Shown in pieces: positions 57,377-64,000 of a stretch of 64,000 bases of DNA (the stretch's first letter is position 1; each line of letters begins with the position of its first letter). The stretch is taken from the NCBI GenBank assembly GCA_963798915.1, contig CAWCVB010000005.1, positions 324,012 through 388,011 on the forward strand, given 5' to 3'. A program made the position numbers and the translations under genes. Source of the stretch: an uncultured Gemmatimonadales bacterium. Lineage in GTDB: Bacteria > Gemmatimonadota > Gemmatimonadetes > Gemmatimonadales > GWC2-71-9. The notes beneath the pieces are model-generated. The model had not been told where the DNA came from. It saw only the letters and a program-made list of their open reading frames with translations, and ran no database searches.

Positions 57377-60169
57377 AAACACCAACTCCACACCCAGTCG
57401 CGCCAGCCGGGGGGTCCCGTAGGCAAAGAGCGGTTGGGTGTAGTCAATGGCGGCCGCCTGGTAGAGTGGCAGCAGTTCGGTCTGGCCCGCGATGAAGCCG
57501 TCATGGTTCAGGTCGGCGGCCGCGCGATATCGCTCCGACTCATACGGTATGGCTTCGGGGTGCTGCAGGTACGCATCCATGGCCATCGACGAAAGGACGC
57601 TGGCAGGGGCGTCAGGCGTCCCGGTATCGCGTCGGACCGCGACGACATTGCGTCGGTTCAGCAGGTTCCGCACGTCCAGGTAGATGCCGCCACGCACCCC
57701 GGCCAGCGTGAGCGGCCGGCGCAGCAGCACGTCGAACGTGGTCGTGAACGGCAGCCGGGCGTCATTGGGAAGCCCGTTCATCGTGTCGCTGCCGATCGGC
57801 CTGCTGGTGTATGGCAGGCCGGAGTTGATCCGGCTGATGAGCGCCGCTTCGAAACCGGCGAACGGCCGGATCCCCGCGAATGAGGGCCCTGCGCTGTCGC
57901 GTACCTGCCCCTGCAGGATCATCGTCAGCGTGTGGCGCCGATCGAAGTCGAGCGGGAACTCGACCTTGGCAGGGAAGATCGTGTCGTGCGTGAGGGTGTC
58001 GATCCGTATGGCGCGACGAAGCAGGAAGGCGCTGCTCGACGAAGCGGTCGCCTGCTGGAGTGTGTACGCGACTCGCACGCCGATCCCATGCTGCAGGTCG
58101 CGATCCAGGATCAGCTCCATGCCCTTGACCGTGCCGATATCCGTGTTGCCGAAAATCGACGAATCGGGGTCCTGGCCCAGCGGGACTGACGAAACCAGCC
58201 CTTCCAGCCGTTTGACGTAGATATTGGCCCGCACCGTAAGATTGTCGCGCGGACGGGCGCGCAAGCTCATTTCGTACTGCCACGAATCTTCAAAGCCGAG
58301 ATTCGGGTTGCCCTGGCGGAACCGTCCGGTACGAGTCGTGTCGTCAAAGGCCGCGTCCACGAGGTACTGATAATCGGGTGGCTGGCTGAAGCGGCCAATG
58401 CTCGCCACGAACGTGGCATGGTGGAAAACAGTCGATACACCAATGCGGGGATTGACTCGCAGCTTCGCGCCGGCGTCGGTTCCGGGCAGGTCCACGCGCG
58501 TGTCAAAGCGATCCACGCGCAGTCCGGCGGTGAAGCCCAGCTCGGCCAGGCGGAATTGACCCTCCGCGTAGGCCGCGGCGGCCACTGGCGAAAATTCGGA
58601 GGCCGTTGCCGGTGGAACCGAGTCGCCCGTGGGCAGGTACCCGAGGATGCGCTGGAAGGTGCGCACGCGTTGCTGAACCAGCTCTCCGCCGGCGTAGATA
58701 TCACCATGACTACCGGCGCTGAAGGTCAAGTCGAGCTGTGACCGGAGTTCCCGGAACTGGTTCCAGGCCAATTCGCCTCGGGAGCCCCCGGTAAGGAAGA
58801 ACGCCGGAACGCCCCACGGAGTACCCGCCGCCAGGGTTGGCGCCTCGAGCCCCGGGATGGGAGCGGCCGCCGCGGTGGTGTCCTGCGCCCGCGCGATATC
58901 TTCGCCGACGACGTTGAAGCGTGAGCCAGTGAAGGCGCCGAACTGGTAGTCCGGACTGCTGTCGAGTGTGCCGCGCACGAAATCACGATTAAAGACCGAG
59001 AGGCGCAGGTCCGCCACGAACGGGTGCCGCGAGGTCGGTCCGCTGGCGTGCTGGAAATGGATGCTCCCCAGCGTGCCCGCCACGCGTCGCGCCGGACCAC
59101 CGTCGGGGTCGTACTTGAAGACGGGATCGTAGAGCAGGCGCTGGTCGATCGACCGCAGTCCGAAGACCCGAATCGTTTCCGTGTGGCCAAGCGGAATCGT
59201 GAGCTTGCCGCCAAAGTTGTACTCTTCGCCTCCGTTGTGCGGCAGCATCCAGGGATTCCCCGCTCGGGGATCGAGCGCGTTCTCAGGCGGCGGCGCGTTG
59301 ACCGGGTCGGCATCCAGCCGGGCGGAGAGATCCGCCGAGACGACCGCCCGAATGCCGCCCGCCACCGGCCCGTCTGCCTCGAAGACGGCCCGGTCGAGAC
59401 CATAGTCCCAGCCATCGCCAAAGGGCCGATCGGTTTCATATGCCGTGCGTCCCGACCACTGCTCCCCACCGTCCTTGGTGACGATGTTGACGATGCCGGA
59501 GATGGCCTGCCCATAGCGGGCGGAGAAGCCATTGGTCACCAGGGATGCCTCGGTGAGCATGTCGGTCGGAAAACGGAGGCCGAGCGCGCCGGTGGAGGCG
59601 TCCAATTGGTTCTTGACGCCCAGCCCGTCGATCACAAACGCTTGCTGGCCCAGACGGCCGCCCCGGTAGCTTTCGCCGACAGCACCCGCCGAAAGCGCCA
59701 GGGCATCTTCGAGTGTGCTGACTGGAAGCCGGCGGAGGTCGGCGCTCGAAATCACCTGCTCGGACTGGGTGGCGAGCGGATCGAGAACCCGGTCGGAGGT
59801 CTCGACAATCAGGGGGGCGAGTTCGATGGCGCGGGGCCGCATCGTGACATTGGCGACGCTGGTGGCACCGGCGCGGACCACGAGGCTGTCGCGGCGAAGG
59901 GGAGCATAGCCGAGGGCACGGACATTCAGCGTATAGCTGCCGGCCCGAACGGCGCGGATCCGGTAGGCACCCGCGGTGTCGGTCACACTTCCGCGACGTC
60001 CGTCGTCGATGGTCACGAGCGCCCCGCTGATGCCTGCGCCAGTGGCACTGTCGGTGATGATACCGCTGATGGCCCCGGCGGACTGGGCGGTTGCGCGAGT
60101 GGCGCTGAAGGTCAGCACGGCGCAGGCAAGCATCAGCGTCACGAGACGTGATTGGCTGCGGGCGCTCAT
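57374..60169 (-). CDS. TonB-dependent receptor with an N-terminal carboxypeptidase-regulatory-like domain
   Basis: 931 aa with a signal peptide, GIITDSATGAGISGALV, plug motifs, and a C-terminal ..RLGVELVF. Confidence 0.9.
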   Translation of the reverse strand: MSARSQSRLVTLMLACAVLTFSATRATAQSAGAISGIITDSATGAGISGALVTIDDGRRGSVTDTAGAYRIRAVRAGSYTLNVRALGYAPLRRDSLVVRAGATSVANVTMRPRAIELAPLIVETSDRVLDPLATQSEQVISSADLRRLPVSTLEDALALSAGAVGESYRGGRLGQQAFVIDGLGVKNQLDASTGALGLRFPTDMLTEASLVTNGFSARYGQAISGIVNIVTKDGGEQWSGRTAYETDRPFGDGWDYGLDRAVFEADGPVAGGIRAVVSADLSARLDADPVNAPPPENALDPRAGNPWMLPHNGGEEYNFGGKLTIPLGHTETIRVFGLRSIDQRLLYDPVFKYDPDGGPARRVAGTLGSIHFQHASGPTSRHPFVADLRLSVFNRDFVRGTLDSSPDYQFGAFTGSRFNVVGEDIARAQDTTAAAAPIPGLEAPTLAAGTPWGVPAFFLTGGSRGELAWNQFRELRSQLDLTFSAGSHGDIYAGGELVQQRVRTFQRILGYLPTGDSVPPATASEFSPVAAAAYAEGQFRLAELGFTAGLRVDRFDTRVDLPGTDAGAKLRVNPRIGVSTVFHHATFVASIGRFSQPPDYQYLVDAAFDDTTRTGRFRQGNPNLGFEDSWQYEMSLRARPRDNLTVRANIYVKRLEGLVSSVPLGQDPDSSIFGNTDIGTVKGMELILDRDLQHGIGVRVAYTLQQATASSSSAFLLRRAIRIDTLTHDTIFPAKVEFPLDFDRRHTLTMILQGQVRDSAGPSFAGIRPFAGFEAALISRINSGLPYTSRPIGSDTMNGLPNDARLPFTTTFDVLLRRPLTLAGVRGGIYLDVRNLLNRRNVVAVRRDTGTPDAPASVLSSMAMDAYLQHPEAIPYESERYRAAADLNHDGFIAGQTELLPLYQAAAIDYTQPLFAYGTPRLARLGVELVF

Positions 60170-61305
60170 GGGACATCGATCCGGTAAAGGTCAGCAACCG
60201 GAGAAACGACGGTGTCGGGGTAGCTTGGAGTGCCGTCCGGCGGCACTGTCGTGACGATCTCGTAGGGATAGCCTTCGGCCACAAGGGCCTTGCCATCCGG
60301 GCTCCAGCGCGGCCGCCGGAAGAAGAGGTTTGGGACCGGCATTGGCGTGATGAGGCCGGTTGTCGCGTCCACGATCTGCAGCTCACCGCCCTGATCAAAT
60401 CCCTGCGCGGGGTCGCCGGCATCGTCAGTCACCTGCAGCAGCTTGCCGCCCGCGACGACGACGATGCGACCATTCGCCTGGTCAGCATCGCGCGGGATGC
60501 GCGTCGGGTCGAACGTCGCTATGACCGACTCGGCGCCCGAGCCGACGTCATGGCGCACCACACGCGGGTCACTGGCGAACGTGAGCACTACCTGCCCTGA
60601 AGCGCCGGGCGTGGCCGAGGTCGCGAAGTCGGCACCCGGAAGCACCTGAGGCGCTCCCGAACCCGAGGCCGCCAGCAGGTAGGCGTCACGCCATCGGCGC
60701 ACAACGAGCGGGTCGCAGGTGGGGCATGGTGACGAGACCGCATCGTCGGCCCCAAGGAATACCAGCGTGCCGGCGGACATCCAGCGGAGCAGCCCGATGG
60801 CCACGACCTGGCCGTGCGGCCCGGGAAAGCGCGCGTTGGCGAGCACCACACCGTCGGGAATCGAGTCTAGCGGCCCGGCCACTACGCTGGTGAGACCGGA
60901 TTGGTTGGCCGGATCGAGCCTGGCCCGGATAAAGGCCAGCCGGTCCGATCCCGGTTCTGGAGCCGCCTGGGTGAAGATGTCGAGCGTGTCAGCCTCGAGC
61001 GCGGACGCGCTGCAGATGCTGCGCACGCGGGTTCCACCCGAAGAAGGGAGAATTCCGAGGCAGATGTCGGGGCTGTGATGATGGTTGCCGTGCTCGAGCG
61101 AAGCGTACGAGTAGAGGATCTCGGTGTCCGACAGCCAGGCTGGATCGGTGCCGCCGCCATAGGTCAGCCGGAGCGGATGGACGTTGGGCTCGAGCGGGCT
61201 GTCCGTGGCCGTATCAGGTGGGGCAAAGGGCTCGCTGTGGGAACAGGCAAGCTGCATGAGCGTGAGCAGTACCAGTGCTGGATGGAGCGGCTGCCATCTA
61301 CGCAT
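60166..61305 (-). CDS. Lipoprotein with beta-propeller-like repeats (TolB-like)
   Basis: 379 aa with lipobox LMQLAC and RWSPDGKALV-type blades. It overlaps the TonB receptor start by 4 nt. Confidence 0.6.
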   Translation of the reverse strand: MRRWQPLHPALVLLTLMQLACSHSEPFAPPDTATDSPLEPNVHPLRLTYGGGTDPAWLSDTEILYSYASLEHGNHHHSPDICLGILPSSGGTRVRSICSASALEADTLDIFTQAAPEPGSDRLAFIRARLDPANQSGLTSVVAGPLDSIPDGVVLANARFPGPHGQVVAIGLLRWMSAGTLVFLGADDAVSSPCPTCDPLVVRRWRDAYLLAASGSGAPQVLPGADFATSATPGASGQVVLTFASDPRVVRHDVGSGAESVIATFDPTRIPRDADQANGRIVVVAGGKLLQVTDDAGDPAQGFDQGGELQIVDATTGLITPMPVPNLFFRRPRWSPDGKALVAEGYPYEIVTTVPPDGTPSYPDTVVSPVADLYRIDVP

Positions 61306-61555
61306 CTCTGGCCTCGGCTGGATTCGTCAGAGGGGACGCCTTGGCTGAAAGCCGGTGCACAGGGCACTCCTCTTCCGGTGGACCATCGGGAGACGGCAGT
61401 CCAGCCGGCCGTGCTGCCCGCTTCCGCAGCGGCGGTTCACGCCGTATATGTTCTGGATCAGCCCGGGCAGGACACTGCGCGGGCTCTCTATCAAACGTCC
61501 CGCTGCGAGAAAACGCAAGTCGCATCCGCCGGTTTCTTCCACTCCCGAGGCCACC

Positions 61556-61999
61556 ATGTTCAGGGATTTCAAGACGTTTATCATGCGCGGCAATGTGCTC
61601 GACCTGGCTATCGGTATCATCATAGGCGGCGCATTCGGGACGATCGTGAAGTCCTTCGTGGACGACATCCTCATGCCGCCGATTGGCATGTTGCTGGGCA
61701 ATGTGGACTTCACTGACCGCTTCATCCTGCTGAAGGAGGGGACCAGCGTGTTACCCCGCGGCGCGAGTCTGGAACAGGCCAAGGCCGCCGGGGCTGTCAC
61801 CATCAATTACGGCTCGTTCATCAACGCCGTGGTCGCGTTCCTGATCATCGCGTTCTGCGTCTATCTTGTGGTGCGAGCCGCCAATCGGCTTGAGGGCCCC
61901 AAGGAGGCAACAGTGCCAACCACGAAGAACTGCCCCTTTTGCGCGACCGCTATTCCGCTGGCCGCCAAGAAATGTCCCAACTGCACGTCGGCCCTGTGA
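61556..61999 (+). CDS. mscL: Large-conductance mechanosensitive channel with a C-terminal CxxC..CxxC zinc-ribbon
   Basis: The start is MFRDFKTFIMRGNVLDLAIGIIIGGAFGTIVKSFVDDILMPPIG. The tail is KNCPFCATAIPLAAKKCPNCTSAL. Confidence 0.9.
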   Translation: MFRDFKTFIMRGNVLDLAIGIIIGGAFGTIVKSFVDDILMPPIGMLLGNVDFTDRFILLKEGTSVLPRGASLEQAKAAGAVTINYGSFINAVVAFLIIAFCVYLVVRAANRLEGPKEATVPTTKNCPFCATAIPLAAKKCPNCTSAL

Positions 62000-62007
62000 T
62001 CTCCGGC

Positions 62008-62042
62008 TTGACGAGGACGGGCCAATGCTTTACACTGTAAAG
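62008..62042 (+). promoter_or_regulatory. Candidate promoter TTGACG-N17-TACACT overlapped by the palindrome CTTTACA-C-TGTAAAG
   Basis: The -35 is at 62008-62013 and the -10 at 62031-62036, only 12 nt before the ATG at 62049. A 7-bp inverted repeat at 62028-62042 covers the -10. Confidence 0.45.
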
Positions 62043-62048
62043 TAGTTT

Positions 62049-62654
62049 ATGGCTTCGCCACCACGACGAGTGGACGCGCCGGCGGCGCTGCATGACCGGG
62101 CGATGGATAACCTGTCTTACATCCGATCTGCCATGGAGCGCGCCGGGACGTTCACGGCCGTGCCGGGGTGGGGCGGAGTGGCCATGGGGCTGTCGGCCCT
62201 CCTCGCGGCGGCGCTGGCCGCCGTCCAGCGGCAGGTGCATGGCTGGCTGGCAGTGTGGATGGCCGAGGCCGTGGTGGGGGCCGCCATCGGTGGCCTTGCC
62301 ATGCGTCGGAAGGCGCGGCGCATCGGCTCTCCCATGCTGGGGCGACCCGGCCGCCGCTTCTTCTTGAGCTACGCTCCACCTATTGTGGTGGGAGCGCTGC
62401 TGACGGTGGTATTGTACCGGGGGTCGCTGGCCGAAGCCCTTCCCGGCACCTGGCTCCTCTGCTACGGGACCGGGGTGGTGACCGGCGGCGCGTTTTCGGT
62501 GCGAGTGGTGCCGGTGATGGGACTGTGTTTCATGGGGCTGGGCGCGTTGGCCTTGGCGTTGCCGGCGTCAGCAGGCAACTGGCTCCTCGCGGCGGGTTTC
62601 GGAGGGCTGCACGTGATTTTTGGGTTGGCAATTGCCCGGAGGTATGGTGGCTAG
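62049..62654 (+). CDS. Hypothetical membrane protein (about 5 TM)
   Basis: 201 aa with hydrophobic helices. It overlaps the downstream regulator gene by 11 nt. Confidence 0.6.
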   Translation: MASPPRRVDAPAALHDRAMDNLSYIRSAMERAGTFTAVPGWGGVAMGLSALLAAALAAVQRQVHGWLAVWMAEAVVGAAIGGLAMRRKARRIGSPMLGRPGRRFFLSYAPPIVVGALLTVVLYRGSLAEALPGTWLLCYGTGVVTGGAFSVRVVPVMGLCFMGLGALALALPASAGNWLLAAGFGGLHVIFGLAIARRYGG

Positions 62655-63030
62655 GAGCAATGCGGCACGAAAGACGGGACGGGACCACGAGGCGGCTCGC
62701 CGCCTGACTGGCGTGCGCGGCGGACAGGAAGGCGAGGCGCTGGCGCTCGACCGGGTGATTCATGAACGGGTCCGGCTCGCCATCGTCAGTGCGCTCGCGG
62801 TGAATTCCACGCTCTCGTTCAGCGAACTCAAGGCGCTGCTCGACGTCAGTGACGGTAACTTGAGCGTGCACGCCAGGAAATTGGAGGAGGCTGGCTACGT
62901 CGCCTGCCGCAAGTCCTTCGATGGGCGGATGCCGCGCACCGAGTATTCACTCACCGCCGCCGGACGCCGGGCGCTCGAGCAGTATCTGTCGCACATGGAG
63001 GCCCTGATCGCCGCGACCAGAAGCGGCTGA
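62644..63030 (+). CDS. Winged-helix transcriptional regulator (HTH_34/ArsR-MarR-like)
   Basis: The start was taken at 62644. It contains [66 protein letters not shown]. Confidence 0.8.
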   Translation: MVARSNAARKTGRDHEAARRLTGVRGGQEGEALALDRVIHERVRLAIVSALAVNSTLSFSELKALLDVSDGNLSVHARKLEEAGYVACRKSFDGRMPRTEYSLTAAGRRALEQYLSHMEALIAATRSG

Positions 63031-63059
63031 GCGGTGGTGGCTTTTTTTTGCCGTTGCAA

Positions 63060-63074
63060 CTTTGTGATACAAAG
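63060..63074. promoter_or_regulatory. Palindrome CTTTGT-GAT-ACAAAG upstream of uppS
   Basis: It lies 25 nt before the uppS ATG, just after a T8 run. The half-site CTTTG/CAAAG is similar to the 62028-62042 palindrome. Confidence 0.3.
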
Positions 63075-63098
63075 CACTTATTGGAAAGGACCGAGCCG

Positions 63099-63848
63099 AT
63101 GGCAGGAGAGTGGGCAGGCCGCCGCACAGGCCTGCATGTAGCGGTGATCATGGACGGCAACGGGCGCTGGGCCACCAGGCAGGGATTGCCCCGTGCCGCG
63201 GGCCACCGGGAAGGTGTGGAAGCCGTGCGCCGCCTGGTCGAGGGCGCACCCGGCGCCGGGATCAGCACGCTCACGCTGTACGCCTTTTCCTCCGACAACT
63301 GGCAACGGCCCACGCGCGAAGTGCAATGGCTCATGCGCTTGTTTCGCGAATATCTGCGTGGGGAAACGGCGCGCTGTGTGGCGACCGGGACCCGGCTCAG
63401 CATCATAGGGCGGCGCGACCGCCTTGCCCCATCGGTGCTGCGACAGATCCAGCGTGCCGAGGCACAGACGGCTGAGGGTACCCGGCTGCATCTCCGCGTT
63501 GCCGTCGACTATTCAGCGCGGGACGCCATCCTGCGAGCGGCCGCATGTGCCGGCACGGAGGAACTGACGCGCGAGCGCTTCGGCCGGCTCCTCGCCATTG
63601 CGGACCACGGTTCCACCCGCACGCCGGATGTCGACCTCCTGATCCGGACCGGTGGAGAACAACGCCTGAGCGACTTTCTGCTCTGGGAGTGCGCCTATGC
63701 AGAGCTGCTCTTTCTTCCCGTCATGTTTCCCGACTTTGCGGAGGCCGACCTGATGGCGGCGCTGCATGCCTTTCACGCTCGAGAGCGGCGCTTCGGCAGC
63801 CTCCAGGCCGTGCCCCAACCCGTCCAGACGGATCGGAGGATCTCCTGA
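63099..63848 (+). CDS. uppS: Isoprenyl transferase (undecaprenyl diphosphate synthase)
   Basis: The start is [25 protein letters not shown]. It also has [13 protein letters not shown] and [19 protein letters not shown]. Confidence 0.93.
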   Translation: MAGEWAGRRTGLHVAVIMDGNGRWATRQGLPRAAGHREGVEAVRRLVEGAPGAGISTLTLYAFSSDNWQRPTREVQWLMRLFREYLRGETARCVATGTRLSIIGRRDRLAPSVLRQIQRAEAQTAEGTRLHLRVAVDYSARDAILRAAACAGTEELTRERFGRLLAIADHGSTRTPDVDLLIRTGGEQRLSDFLLWECAYAELLFLPVMFPDFAEADLMAALHAFHARERRFGSLQAVPQPVQTDRRIS

Positions 63849-64000
63849 TGAGCACGCTCCTGCGCCTGGCCGGGCCGGTGCTATTCTTCGCAGCGGTCAC
63901 CAGCCTCGTCGCGTTGCTGGCTCTGGGTGTAACCGTCCTGGCGCGCGGGAGGAGTCGCGCGACCCGGTGGGCGACGGCTGCCTGCGTGACGGTGCTCGCC
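63848..64000 (+). CDS. Membrane protein, 5' part only (runs off the window end)
   Basis: The ATG overlaps the uppS stop (TGATG). [28 protein letters not shown] is hydrophobic. Confidence 0.4.
   Translation, partial: MSTLLRLAGPVLFFAAVTSLVALLALGVTVLARGRSRATRWATAACVTVLA

Noticed and set aside
63009-63050. Intrinsic terminator after the wHTH regulator gene (T8 run at 63043-63050)
   Set aside because: The T-run is striking, but I could not draw a convincing GC-rich stem directly preceding it. The only hairpin (GCCGC/GCGGC) is weak and lies 14 nt away.

Overview
GC-rich chromosomal segment from a diderm bacterium, with outer-membrane barrels, a TonB-dependent receptor and an Mla system. The gene content resembles Gemmatimonadota or Acidobacteriota-type genomes, but that is inference only. 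Layout: (1) 1-7.6 kb is a decayed cation and metal homeostasis block. kdpB, kdpC and the sensor half of kdpD are frameshifted, a cusA/czcA-like pump is 5'-truncated and frameshifted, and a cytochrome c and a small cation transporter are frameshifted. Only the kdpD kinase core and an overlapping EIIA-Ntr (PtsN-like) gene look intact. (2) 7.65-8.64 kb is a minus-strand operon of six tRNAs (Ala-Gly-fMet-Val-Arg-Pro) ending in an intrinsic terminator. (3) The remaining ~55 kb is intact housekeeping and envelope DNA. It holds a sigma-70 factor, mlaEFD, NUDIX, an AraC-type regulator, atpAGDC, OM barrels, a CPBP protease, DsbA, TPM-NTase-LemA, an M23 peptidase, dnaE-accA-PSP1-metG, secreted peptidases, lipA-pdhABC-lpd, a porin, redoxin/DUF1684/ThiO-like genes, a GT2, a hybrid histidine kinase, a POT transporter, a diheme cytochrome c, a TonB receptor, mscL, a wHTH regulator and uppS. 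I saw no CRISPR array, integrase, transposase or recognisable defence system. The most unusual signal is non-coding. Many gene 3' flanks and all longer tRNA spacers are filled with degenerate tandem arrays of 7- or 8-nt units. One unit family, (CAGCCTT)n, occurs at two loci 50 kb apart. Several arrays form long hairpins whose G:U versus A/C asymmetry matches the transcribed strand. All coordinates and counts were derived by hand from the sequence and the ORF track. No database search was run.
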